Assembly: GCF_009914755.1 (NCBI RefSeq)
Contig: NC_060935.1
Source: the human T2T-CHM13v2.0 reference genome, Homo sapiens
DNA: 64,000 bases
Reading direction: 5' to 3' (one strand)
Every line of letters starts with the position of its first letter. Within the stretch, counting starts at the first letter, position 1. Below are positions 26,399-42,900 of this stretch, piece by piece. Under the pieces are notes generated by a model, which was not told where the DNA came from, made no database searches, and saw only the letters and a list, made by a program, of their open reading frames with translations. The position numbers and the translations under genes are program-made.

Positions 26399-26690
26399 GG
26401 CCGGGCGTGGTGGCTCATGCCTGTAATCCCAGCACTTTGGAAGGCCTAGGCAGGTGGATCACCTGAGGTCAGGAGTTCAAGACCAGCCTGGCCAACATGG
26501 CGAAACCCCGTCTCTACTAAAAATACAAAAATTAGCTGGGCGTGGTGGCACGCACCTGTAATTCCTGAGGCAGGAGAATCACTTGAACCCAGGCAGCGGA
26601 GGTTGTGATGAGCCGAGATTGCACCACTGCACCCCAGTCTGGGCGACAAGAGCGAAACTACATCTGAAAGGAAAAAAAAAAAAAGAAAAA
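26399..26690 (+). mobile_element. AluSq-like with a short internal deletion
   Basis: Sense dimer with the caagagcgaaact ending; lacks cagctactcgggaggc near 26564. Confidence 0.9.
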
Positions 26691-26761
26691 CGAACATATA
26701 TATATAAGAAAAAAATATATATACATATATTTTTTCATATATATATATATATATATGTTCG

Positions 26762-26858
26762 TTTTTCTTTTTCTTTTTCTTTTTGAGACGGAGTTTTGCT
26801 CTTGTTGCCCGTGCTGGAGTGCAATGGCTCGATCTTGACTCACTGCAACCTCCGCCTC
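26762..26858 (-). mobile_element. Alu 3' fragment (Sp/Sq-like), tail-to-tail with the preceding Alu
   Basis: (CTTTTT)n then gagacggagttttgctcttgttgccc...ctgcaacctccgcctc. Confidence 0.9.
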
Positions 26859-28110
26859 AAAAAGGAAAATATTTTAAATAATTCTTTTTATTCACTTAAT
26901 GCTTTTGTTAGGATTGGTTGCTGAATTTTTTGAAATGCCTTTCCACATTTATTAATATTATATATTTTCTTCCTTTATAATTGTAATAAGGTATGTGGAT
27001 TTCCCAGTGTTGTATTACTGACTAGTTATAGGTTATTCTTTTGATCATTACTTATAAGCAAGATTAGTTTTTAGCAGTTGTGTTGTTGTTATGGGGGGAG
27101 GTATAAATTACCGTCTCTCCCAAAATCATAAAATTGAGTTGTGAATGAATTGTGAAGCTTTCCATCTTATTCTATGATCCTAATCTGTAAAATGATGATG
27201 ATAATAGCATTTGTCTCTGGATCGCTGGGAAGATGAAAGGTATTAATGTGAACTGCTTAGTACAGTGCCTGAATTGTATGTGTCAGCTATCATTATCATC
27301 ATTACCATCTGAAACAGATTAAATAATTTTGAAAGTTTTTAGTTCTTTGAAGGTTAGGACTTAGCTAGTAAATCATCCAGTTCAGGTGCATTTTATAAGG
27401 GTAAATCTTCTTTCAATCCCTTTAGTACTCATCGCTCTGTCCATTTTTTCCTGCTTCTCCTTGGTTTATTTTGGAATTTGTTTTTTGGTAGGAAACCACC
27501 TATTTCCTCTAGATTTCCAACATTATTGCTGAAATAATGCACATAGTTTTATTTTATAATTCTTTTAATAATTTCAATAATTTACAGCACATTTTCTAAT
27601 TAAGACCAGAAACTACTCTAATGTTGTAGTTAGAAATGTTGTTACATTATGACCTCTTCTTGGACAGGATGCTCTCTGATGTTGAAATTGTAATAACTTT
27701 TTTCATGTAAACTAAAACAAAATATTTCAGATACTTTTGCCTTAAAGTGTTTCTCAGAATGAGAATGGAGAATGTGGACTATATACGTTCAGGGAATTTA
27801 TATCTCAGTTTACAATGTTGTTCCTAGCATATAGCACCAAGCTGGCTCAGAGCGAATGCTCAGCAAATATTTGTTAAATGAATGAATGAAGAAATGGGTG
27901 AAATATAATCCTGTTGGATAATAACTGAACCAGGTAGATTTTTTGAGGAATTTTTTAAATGGTAGATTTTTAATTACCTTTCCAAAGATGATTAGTACTA
28001 ACCTTGGATATGTTTTGCCACAGTTATAGTATATTTTATATATAAAATAATTTAATATTTCATTTTGGATACAGTGCATGCTAATGAAAAATTCATGTTG
28101 AAAGCATTGT

Positions 28111-28420
<310 letters not shown>

Positions 28421-30239
28421 TGAAAGCATTGTTTTTAAATTAACTGCAGTTTACTAAATGAGTAAACCAGTAGTCAGGACTTACTGATAGATCTCATAGT
28501 CTTTAACTAGGACCTCTTATAGGCAATTATGCTACTAAGTTCATTTTCTCTAGTTTACTGAATGTTTAATAGAGAATGGAAATGTAATGGGTAAGTTAAA
28601 TGAGCCCTTCCCAAAACATGTTCAGAACTTTTGGCTTAGAGCAAAAGTCAGCTTTCAAATGTTGAAAAGGTGAATGAAGAATAAAATAGGAAGAATAAAA
28701 TCAGCGTAAAGAAGTAAAGCATTCTTTGAGGGCAGTTAAGTATATGTAGTCTTCTGCCCAAGAGATGTTCTCTGTCTCTGCCCCTGTCCTTTAATTTTGG
28801 CTTGAATTCACAGAGTTACTGGACTAAGACTGCTTTGTTTGAGATGTCACTGCGAATTAAGGCTTCACTGTCACATCTCTCATAGCTGCCTTGTAACTTC
28901 TACATTCCCGCTGGTGCCAGGCATGTTCCAAGGCAGCATTCCAAGGTTTAGTGATTTCACCCTGATGTCTCTGCCAATAAAAATAACCAGTTACCATTAA
29001 AACCTACCCCACCCATAACTTGATTTTTACATGCCGTTTTATTAAGAAAACTTATTGATGATTTTAGGAGAATTAATACATTAAGTTTATCAGGATATCA
29101 ACTGGCCCTTGGAGTAACTTTTGTTCTAAAAGTGGATGTTTCACCTTGGAAGAGAATCTGAGACTCAGCATGTTTATCTATTGAGAGTGGACTTTGTAAT
29201 AACCTTATTCCTACAGTTGATTCTTTATGACTGGAAATACTCTGTTAAAATGAGAAGCCAGATTATTACCTTAGGGATTTATATTCTAGTAGGACAGATA
29301 ACAGATACAGCAAACAAAGGGTCTTTCATTCGTTGAGAAACTAATAATAATTTCTAAATATGTTGTGTTCTAAGAATGAGTCAGAATCCGTTCCTTTTCT
29401 ACAAAGGGCCTACACAGGGGGTGGAGAAGGAAAATAAGATTTGAATATTAAAAATTTTCACTTAAATACATTAATGCTATTAAGTAAAATAGCATTTCAG
29501 TTAAATGCTAAAAGTTAGCATACATCTTTTTATTGTGTTCACAATAGCCACACTACTATTGCAATTCCAATACTATTACAAGCTCAGACTGAAGCTTGCA
29601 AAAGTTGAGTAGTGTGGTTCCCAGGTGTTCAGCTAGTAAGTCATGCAGAGTCTGAGTTTAGTGGTAAAGGCCTTTCCATTATATTTCTCCATCTCATGTG
29701 GAGGAATTCCCCGTGACATTCTTTTCTCTTGTTGAGACTTCCTTATAGCACCCTTAGTCTTCCCAGTAAAAGTTTTTTTTTTTTGATGATACACCAACAT
29801 AAAATGAGCCAGGAATTACTTAGAGTCTTGTGGCACCCACACAATGGAGACTTTCCTAATAGGCTTTCCTGGAGCCCTCCAGAGTGTGCTTAATATACTC
29901 CTCACCTTGTGCCTCCCCGTGGAGGAGGTCTTAATGGTTTACTATTGAGGAGTGTCTCTGACTCTATGACCACATAGGTCTTTTTACTTCTTTTCTCCCA
30001 ATATGTCAAGTGTGAAGTGATTGGACCCAATGATTCTTTCTTAGTTGGCATCCCTGACTGTTCTTAGGCTTCTGTTCCTTAAATTCAGACTCTGCAAGAA
30101 GTAAACTAATGTCATAGAGGAAAATGACTTTTCCACAGTAGCACTGATTTTTCTGTTCCCGAGATTCTTTGATTCTAATGACAGAGTTAAATTTGAACAT
30201 GGGAGGAAAACTGACTTTAAACAGTTTATGGGGAGAACA

Positions 30240-30590
30240 TCTGGAGATTTAAACTCATGAAAAATTCAGTGTAAGCCAAGAAATTGACTCAGCAGCATTA
30301 AAAAAGGAGCTAAGATGATCTTATATTGCATTAATTAAAATATATTGTCCAGATCAAGAGAAGTAATAGTCTTCCTGGACTTTGTGTTCATTAGATCATA
30401 TTTGGAGTATTCTGTTTAATTTGGGTCCCAGTTTACTTTGATGGGAAAGAGCCGGGGAGATGGCCAGGAAGATAAATGATTTTAAAGCAGTCATGTAAAG
30501 ACTAGTTGGGAATAGAGGATATTTAGAGAATATAAATATCCTAGAGAAGAGAGGACTTTGGGGATATAGTTGCCGTCTTTAAACAGTTAT
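30240..30590 (+). mobile_element. L3/CR1 fragment
   Basis: gtccagatcaagagaagtaatagtc...agatcatatttggagtattctgtttaatttgggtcccag resembles the CR1/L3 RT 3' region. Confidence 0.6.
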
Positions 30591-30803
30591 GTAGTTAATT
30601 TGGCAAACAATTTTAGGGTAATAAGAGTAAAAGACACATTTATTGGATATGTACTATCTGCCAGTTAAGTTTTTCACATGCTTTATCTCATTTAATCCTT
30701 AAAGCAAGTGTATGGATTGCTGCTAGTCATTGTTACCGCTGTTTTACTCATGAGATCCAGAAAGGGGAATTGATTTGCCTAAGGTTGCATTATGGCAAAG
30801 GCA

Positions 30804-31101
<298 letters not shown>

Positions 31102-31593
31102 AGGGATGTAATTTGGAAGTGAAAAAGTATATAGGTTGTTGTTATTCCTGAGAGTAGAATATAATGATAGCTATGTTTATTGAGTGTTGTTATGTTCTAG
31201 GCTCTTGTTATATACTGAAAAAGAAAGAAAAAGTCCTATCTTCATGGAGCGTACATTTTAATAGGAAATTCAGAAGTAGATAAATTAGTTATAAATTTGT
31301 TGCTAGTGGTAAGTTCTATGAAGAAAAATAAAGTAGTAGGAGGAGAATAGAGGTTGGTAGATACTGAGGATGGTAGGATGATCAGGGAAGACCTCACTGA
31401 GAAGAAAATATTTGAACAAAGACTTGAAAAAAATTAGACAGCAAAGTTGGATGGGCATTTGGAGAAAGAACATTCCAGAGAGAAGAGATAGCAGGTAGGA
31501 ATGAGTTTGGTTTGTTACAAGAATAGCTAGGTGGTCAGTCTAGTTTGGGCATAGTGAGCAAAGTTGGCAAGGCCAGAATCATGTAGAGTTTTA

Positions 31594-31887
<294 letters not shown>

Positions 31888-32214
31888 TCAACCCACCACA
31901 GCTGTGATCCAGCAATCAGAAAACTGCTGCTGGTGAAATAGCCATCCCACACTTACCAGACACCTAAATAAGGAAACTGTCTACTGCAAAACCTCACTCC
32001 TGAAAGAGCTTGTCACTGCTGCAGGAAGAATGGCGTCTATCCCTTCTACCTTCCAGATTTTGCTCAAGGCATTCCAACATTTAAGAAGAGGATGATAGAA
32101 CAGAGGAGAAGGACGGCTAATGAGGTTGTGGAAAATCTAGGACAAAGAGGTGTCCCAGAGGTCAAAGTAAATTAAATATTTCTAAGAGAGTGATTAATTG
32201 AATCAAATATTGAT

Positions 32215-32344
32215 GGCTGGGACATGGTGGCTCACGCCTGTAATCCCAGAAATTTGGGAGGCTGAAGGGGGAGGATTGCTTGAGCCTAGGGGTTTGAGAC
32301 CAGCCTAGGTAACATAGTGAGACCCTGCCTCAGAAAAAAAAAAA
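32215..32344 (+). mobile_element. Alu left monomer (FLAM-like)
   Basis: Single left arm ending in poly-A. Confidence 0.85.
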
Positions 32345-32377
32345 GGTTGCTGATTGGTTGAGTAATGTGAGGGTTAA

Positions 32378-32809
<432 letters not shown>

Positions 32810-34662
32810 TTAAATGATTGAACAATTATAATTATGTGACTGTGAGAATGTGTATAAAAATAGTAACAATAAAGAATTTTACCATATAGTATCCATATGA
32901 ATCGTGGAGATTGCTGTGTGATAAACTTTGCAGTTGAGAATTTTATGACAAATTAGGTGCAGAGTTTAGTGATCCAGTAATCAAGAAAAAGAATGCTTGT
33001 TAATTATTTGAAATAAAATGTCATTAGTGAGAAATCTTTATTGAGAATCTGTTGTTAGTAGACCTTGTGTTACTCTGTCAGTCACCCCCCTCCATTCTGT
33101 CAGTTTGAATGGGGAGCTATGCACAGAATAAACAGTAGCGGAATGAAAATCAGAGAGTTGTTTTATGAGTAGGTGCCCAAAGGAAGGGTGCAGTCGCTGA
33201 AACTCCCTGGAAAAGGACTGGGTTAAAATAGGGGGATTTAGGCCCAAGGGAACCTCCTACATTACCCCTAAATCTAAATCTTGGCCTCAGCGTGCTCAGT
33301 CATATTTTTATTTTGGGGTGTATGTTGGTGAGGGAGAGAAATGAAGCCCGTTGTCATCTTCTATTATAAAATTTTACATGGCGATATAATTCTGTGTTTA
33401 ATTATTCTGTATCCCTCCATAGATTTGTGGGGGACAGGGACTCTAGTTTATCTTGCTCACGGTAACAGCCACTGGTGCTTAGCTTGTTCCCTGTCATGGG
33501 GCAGGTGTTAAATTTATAAGGAATAATTGAGAGTTTATCAGGCAGTATAAGGAACAGAAGATAACACCTGGGTACCAGCATGTGGAAAGGTGGGGAATGC
33601 TTGCCTGACACGTTAAATACATTCTTAGAGATGTAGATCACATTCCTCTGCTTTAGGAAGCATTGTTGGATCTCACTTCGTTCCTGTACCCATATTGCAC
33701 ATAGAAAGTATTCTGTGCCCTGGATACTTTGCGTTATTCACCTTACATTATCATATAGATACCTCCTTATCTCCTCAATACTAGTCACAACTTTTTTTGA
33801 TTGCCTGTCATTTGCAAATATTGTGCTAGGTGTTGTATATATTTTATCATTCTATTTAATTCTTTCAGCAACCAGGGACATTAGGCAAATGAATAAATTG
33901 AGGCTCAGGAAAGTTTAACAACTTGTCTAAGATTGTACACTACTTTCTTAGCACCTTCCAAAAGCTTGAGGCTTCTTCTGTTCCATGGTGTTTTTTAACA
34001 GGATACATACTTCAGTAGAATTTGTATGCTTAATGAAAGTCTTTTATACTTTTTTTAAGATCTTACCACAATTCCTTTCTTTTTTGTTGATTATTTGATC
34101 AAAGGGCCATGTAATTCTAACACTTCTTGAAACATTGGAGCTGAAAAGTAAGACTGGTGAAATAGCTGACTTTAAATATTGCGTTTTCAAGGCTAAAAAT
34201 GAGTGTCTAACTTACTGATTCATTGTATGATAAACTAATATTATAGAACTGTTTTTATATAGAGCAGACAGAAAAAGTTTTATAATTGCTCTGAGAAAAA
34301 AATATACTTACTCAAAATGTGTTAAGCATTCCAATTTTGATGCTTCAACACGGAGCTGTCCCCTGTAGCCTTGGAGACCATAACTTCACAGTGCTTGTTT
34401 TTAAAGTAAGGTTTTCTTTTGAATGTAAGCAGATTTTGATGGTAGAAAGAAGTTGTCGTGTGGAATTATTCTGTGGAGCCATTTGAATAGACTTGAAACA
34501 TTGTTTATGCATAAATAAATTCACCACTCTGAAAAGTATTCTGACAAGGCACGGCATGTGTTGGCATCTGCAAGTCAGCCTGTACTGAGTTTTCACTACC
34601 CACAAGAGGTGGTGAAAACGATCTCTGGTATAAAGCAAATGGAAAAGGTAAAGTGTCGGGAT

Positions 34663-34664
34663 TT

Positions 34665-34724
<60 letters not shown>

Positions 34725-34726
34725 TC
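34663..34726 (+). repeat. (TTTC)16 microsatellite
   Basis: 16 uninterrupted units counted. Confidence 0.97.
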
Positions 34727-35941
34727 CATTTTTAATTTCTTTTAACCTTTCCTGGGTATTCATCAAAAGTTTCTTTTCAAAATTAATTTTTTGGTGAGAT
34801 ACAGTTAGCATGACAGAACTATAAATGTTGATGTTCATTTTATGTTTTTTTGGGAGTTTGTTTCTCTCTTCTTTTCCTTTTTTTAATGCTGTTTTGCAAA
34901 TAATTTGTGTGATCATTTTTTTCACTATGGACCATCATTCATGTGTTGTTTTCATTCAGCAGATACTTATTGCTCTTCTAGTTATTATACTGTTATGTGC
35001 TGGAGATACAAATGTCACGTTATGACACCAGCCTTCCAGGAGATTTTAGTCTAGTGTGTTAGTCATACAACTATGCACACAGACACAGTACAGTATATTA
35101 AATGCTTGGATAGTGTCTCATGCTTGCCTGTTGGGAACACAGGGAAAAGAGACCCCAAGGTAGTCATGGGAAACTTCCTGGAGAAAGTGATACCATCTTT
35201 CCTTTTGTTCCCCAAACAAACTTAGCCCCCAATTGCACCTGGCATATTTTAAAAAATTAAAGTGAAATCTGCATACAATTTTTAAAAAATCAAATTCTAA
35301 AATGAAAAGTAAAAGTTCTCGTTCAACCCTCCCAACCTTGACCCAGTCACAGCCCTTAGTAATAACCACCTTTCACACTTTCTATTTTCCCTTATGATGG
35401 TTATCATTAAAACATGAAACAATGTATTTGTTTCTGTTATTTAATACAAAAACATTAAATAGTGATTTGGCTTTGGACAATGAAAGATGAGGAATTTACC
35501 ACATTTATAATACCTGCCACCTTCTCTCTCTCACTCTACCTCTGTGTTTTTGTTAGCTATCTCATTTTTACATTATCAAGTTTAAAAAAACTTTACATGT
35601 TATGTTGTTATAATCAGCTCCTGTGCTTTGTCTATAGGGTGACTTTAGGAGTTGAGCCACAGACAAATACCCTTCATAATATTATTATAGGCAGAAGTAG
35701 TGAAATGTGCTAACACTGGAAGAATTTCCCAAGAATCAAGGTCCAGTGGTCCAATGGATGGTTTGTCTTTTTTTTCTTTTTACCACAAAGACCTGACTTT
35801 TTTCTCATTGGATATGTGAATTCCAACCTTCTTTTTGAATGACATTTAGTATGGTGCTTGAAAATTCAAACAGAATAATGCCTCATTTATTTGGCAATAT
35901 CAATTTATAACAGCCAAACAGTAATCCAAAGTTAGCATTAA

Positions 35942-38412
<2,471 letters not shown>

Positions 38413-38675
38413 CAAATAATAACTCCCTAGTTACAAAAAAATCCACTGAGCAGCAAAAACATCTCATACCTAAAATGTTCTACATTTTATGCCTAGTAAG
38501 AATCCATAGGCCTCATTCAGAAGCTGTTTACTCTTATTTTGTGTGTCATTCTACAAATCATGATCTAGTCTCCAAGTCTGTAACAGATTAAATGTTATAA
38601 TTTAGTGATGCTACAGGCAGGCACATTGAAAGCCCTAAGAAATGTCATGTGGGAATCTCATAGAGAAGAAAGGCA

Positions 38676-38763
38676 GTCTGTGCATATCATCCTGAATGTG
38701 CCTGATGTTGTCTGATCTCAGAGGCTAAGCAGGGTTGGGCCTGGCTAGTACTTAGATGGGAGA
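38676..38763 (+). pseudogene. 3'-truncated 5S rRNA pseudogene (about nt 1-90)
   Basis: gtctgtgcatatcatcctgaatgtgcctgatgttgtctgatctcagaggctaagcagggttgggcctggctagtacttagatgggaga aligns to 5S rRNA; flanked by AGA(A/G)GAAAGGCA repeats; no poly-A. Confidence 0.92.
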
Positions 38764-39384
38764 GGAAAGGCAGACAAAATATTAAATGCTGACTATACAA
38801 TTTAAAAGGTATTATGATGTAGGGCTGTATGATACTGGGCATAATGATGCTCTAGTGATCATCAACCTTTACAAAAAGAATCACTATTTTCATTGTACAG
38901 TGTCAGAAGACAGGGAAGTAAGTAGTCATTGAGGATATATTCCTATCCAAAATGGTTAAATTTTGAAATATTGTTCATACAATTAAAAAAGATAAGCGTA
39001 TGATACAGTTATCTGGAAAGTTAATTTGTGTGGGAGCTCTTCTCCAAGGTCAGTGGAATTGTATATTTATTATCACATTTGTGACATGAATGGGAATTGC
39101 TTTATTAGTTATTAAAAACTCAACAAATTAGCTATTGTGTGAATTATTACTGGGAGGCAGCTGTTGACTTTGTTGTGAAATATGTCAGCTAGGAAAAAAG
39201 GCAATCTGTCTCTCTTTCTCTCTCTCTCTCTCTCTGCTATATCAGTGGATTGACCATTATTTCCATGGATTAAAAGATTGGACAGGCTGCCACTGGGGAT
39301 AAAGGGAATATGCTTCCTTGTGGAAGAGTCTTGGTTTGGGATACTGCTACCTTAATACTCCCTGCCTTTATTTCTTGAGTATTT

Positions 39385-40480
39385 TATGTCTTTTTCCTTG
39401 GAAATATTTCCAAACTTGAAGAAACATTACAGAAATAGTATAAAGAGCTTTCCCCCTGCTAACCATTTGAAAGTAAATTAGAAAGATGATCCCTCAGTAC
39501 TCCCAAATAAATCATGGATATTTGCTACAAATACGAACATCCTTCTAGATAACCATAGTATGCCCATGAAAACCAGGACATTAACCTTAACATGTTACTG
39601 GCATCTCATTCATCCATCCATTCAAGTTTCTTCAGCTGTCTCAGTGTCCTTTATAACTAAAGGATTCCATCTAAGACCACAAATTACATTTACTTGTCAT
39701 GTATCTTTACTCTCTGTCAATCTGAAATAATTTCTCAGTCTTTCCTTAAGATTTTTGAAGAGTTTTAGGCCAGTTAATTTGTAATGTTTATCAATTTTGG
39801 TTTGTCTGATGTTTCCTGGTGAAGAGATTCAAGTTATGCATCTTTGGAAGAAGTAATGCGGAAGCAATATTGTATTGTTTTTGCATCCTGTCAGAGGGGA
39901 CACATTTTGATTTGTCCTATTGCTAGTGATATAAACTTTGAAGCCTTAATTAGTGTCTACCATGTTTCTTCTCTGTGAAGTTAACCTTTTAGACTTTGCA
40001 ATCAGTAAGTATTTGTGGGGAGATACATTTTTAGATGATAAATGTCTCATTTTTTAATCAAATCTCTGTCCACTAGTTTTAGCACATATTGATGTTTCTT
40101 GGCTAAATTAATTTTTTTAAATGATAGTTGCCAAATGGAATGGTTAATTCAGTTCTCCTACATTTATTAGTGTGACATTCCATTTAAGGAAAAGCTTTCA
40201 GCTTTTTCTGTTTAATTGTATCAATGTAGACACATGGATTCCTGTTTTATCCGGTGAATTATTATCTGGTAGTATAAGTATTTATTTTGATACTCAAATC
40301 ACTCCAGATTTGGCCATGGGAATCTCTTCAATCTGGCTTCTGTGTTCTTAAGACATATTTCCATCACTCTTTGAGTATGTCCTTACTTTCTGGCATAATA
40401 TATTACAGGCTCATATTCCCTTTGCCCCTGGATTAGAATTAGTCATTTCTCTAAGGAGTTTTGTTTTGTTTTAGTACAGA
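39385..40480 (-). mobile_element. L1MC-type 3'UTR
   Basis: Recalled L1MC4/5-like motifs (tttgtctgatgtttcctgg; ccagatttggccatgggaatctcttcaatctggcttctgtg). Confidence 0.7.
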
Positions 40481-40520
40481 ATAATAATAATAAAAAAACC
40501 CACTGTTGATTGACTTAAAC

Positions 40521-40783
40521 ATTTCTGTTTTTTAGAGACAAGGTCTTGCTGTGTCTCCCAGGCTGGCGTGCAATGGCCTGATCACAGCTCCTCAAACTCA
40601 AGGGATTCTCTCATCTCAGCCTCTTGAGTAGCTGGGACTACAGGCTTAGGCCACCATACCTGGCTGATTTAAAATTTTTTAGAGATGGGGTCTTGCTATG
40701 TTGCCCAGGCTGGTCTTAAAGTCCTGGTCTCAAGTGATCTTCTGTTCTCAGCCTCCTGAGTAGCTGACAGGCCACCAAGCTCC
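40521..40783 (-). mobile_element. AluJ (degenerate)
   Basis: agagacaaggtcttgctgtg...agagatggggtcttgctatgttgcccaggctgg. Confidence 0.88.
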
Positions 40784-40810
40784 AGTTAATTAACTTTTAA
40801 AGCAATTTAA

Positions 40811-41076
<266 letters not shown>

Positions 41077-42900
41077 CAATATATTTACCATTTCTGGTGC
41101 TCTTCATTTCATTTATTTTCGTCTGGTATCATTTTCCTTATGTCTGAAGTATTTCCTTTTGCATTTCTCATGGTGCCTTTCTACTGGTAATTGAACTCTT
41201 TCAGTATGTCTGAAAACATCTCTATATCATCTTAGTTTTTGGAAGATGCTTTCATTGGGCTTGGAAATCTAGGTTACGGGTTTTTTATGTCTTTTAATTC
41301 TTTAAAGATGTTGCTCCACTGTTTTCTAGCTTGTATTGTTTCCAGTGAGAAATCTGTCATTCTAGTATCCTCTCCTTTATGTAGTGTGTCTTTTTTTCCT
41401 TGGGCTGCTTTGTCACTGTTGCAAGGCAATTTGATTCTGTGTACCTTGGCATAGTTTTCTTTGTGTTTTTCATACCTGGTATTTGTTGGTATTCTTGCAT
41501 CTGTGGGTTTGTAATATTCATCACATTTGGATATTTTGCAACCATTAATTATTCAAGTATTATTTTTTCTGTCTCCTCCTTCATTATTTTCCCCTTCATG
41601 AACTCCATCTAAATGTATATTGGGCCTCAGAAGTTGTGCTATCACACACTGATGCCTTTTATTTTGTTTTTGTTTTAGTCTTCCTCTGTTTTTCATTTTA
41701 AATAGTTTCTACCCAAATGTTCACTGACATTTAGTATATCATCAGGTTTACTGTTTTTCTTGTAATAACTAATTTGTTCATCCATCCTTTAAAAATATGT
41801 GTGTGTATATATATGTATATGTATATACACACACACACACATATATATATTTTTCTCATTTCAGACATCATGATTTCCTTTTTTTTTTGCAGTCAGCTTT
41901 CTCAGATTAAACAGACATTGTGATTTTCATCTCTGAAAGTTCAATTTGGGTTTTTCAAAAATTTTCAATGTCACTATATGTTCAGTCTATTTTCTGGCTT
42001 TTAAACATATAAATTATAGTTGTAATAACTGTTTTAATGGCCCTATCTACTGATTCTGTCATCTCTAGCAATTTTGGATCAGTTCTGATTGATTTTGCTG
42101 CTCATTTTGGATTGTATTTTCCTACTTCTCTGCATATACAGTCATTTTTAATTGGATGTCAGGCATTGTCAATTTTACCTTATTGTTTGTTGGATATTTT
42201 TGTGTTCCTATAAATATTCTGGAAACACAGTTATGTTATTTGGAAAAATTTTCTTCCTTTCAGTTCTTGCTTTTACGCTTCCTCAGCCTGTACTAGAGCA
42301 GCATCAAGTCCAGGATTAATTTTACCTACCCCTGAAGCAAACCTCTTCTGAGTACTTTATTGCGTGGCCCGTCAGTTATGGGCCATACTCTGGCTGTCAG
42401 GAATAGGCCCTGTTCCTGGTCCTGTGAAATCTCTGCTTTTTGTTTCCTCTGTCTAATCCTTTTAGATTGTCCTTTTCCTGGCCTTGGATCATTTCCTCAG
42501 ATGATTCACTGATCAGTACTCAGCTGAATATTTGAGTGTGACCCTCTGCAGATCTCTGGAGTTCTCTGTGTGCAGTTCTGTCTTCTTCAGTACTGTGCCC
42601 TGAGAACTCTCGCACTCATGGCTTCCCTGGACTCCTAAATCTTTCTTCTACACTCAGGTAGACCACCTTATTCTGTTGGGATCCCCATCCCTACTCTGAA
42701 GCCTGGAAACTTTCTCTAAGCATTAAGCCGGGGCAATTGTAGAACTCTCCTCATGTGTTTCTCTACTCTCAGATGTTACTACAAGTTGTCTGGTGGCCAG
42801 TCTTGAAATCTATCCTCTCATGTTTTCCTAGGGTTTTTTTTTTTAAGTTATTTCAGGTGGGATTAAATGCAGTCTCTGTCACTCTATTTTGGCCAGATGC
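41077..42900 (-). mobile_element. Old L1M 5'/ORF1-region relic
   Basis: Minus-strand peptide NPQMQEYQQIPGMKNTKKTMPRY resembles L1 ORF1 (IQEAQRTP...KKTTPRH). Confidence 0.65.

Larger units (their letters stand above)
24100..27570 (-). mobile_element. Highly degenerate old L1M (L1ME-like) relic, interrupted by Alus and MIR
   Basis: T-rich L1 ORF2 antisense motifs (ccatccaagaacatggtgtcttttcatttgttta; gggatctatttctggattc). Confidence 0.65.
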
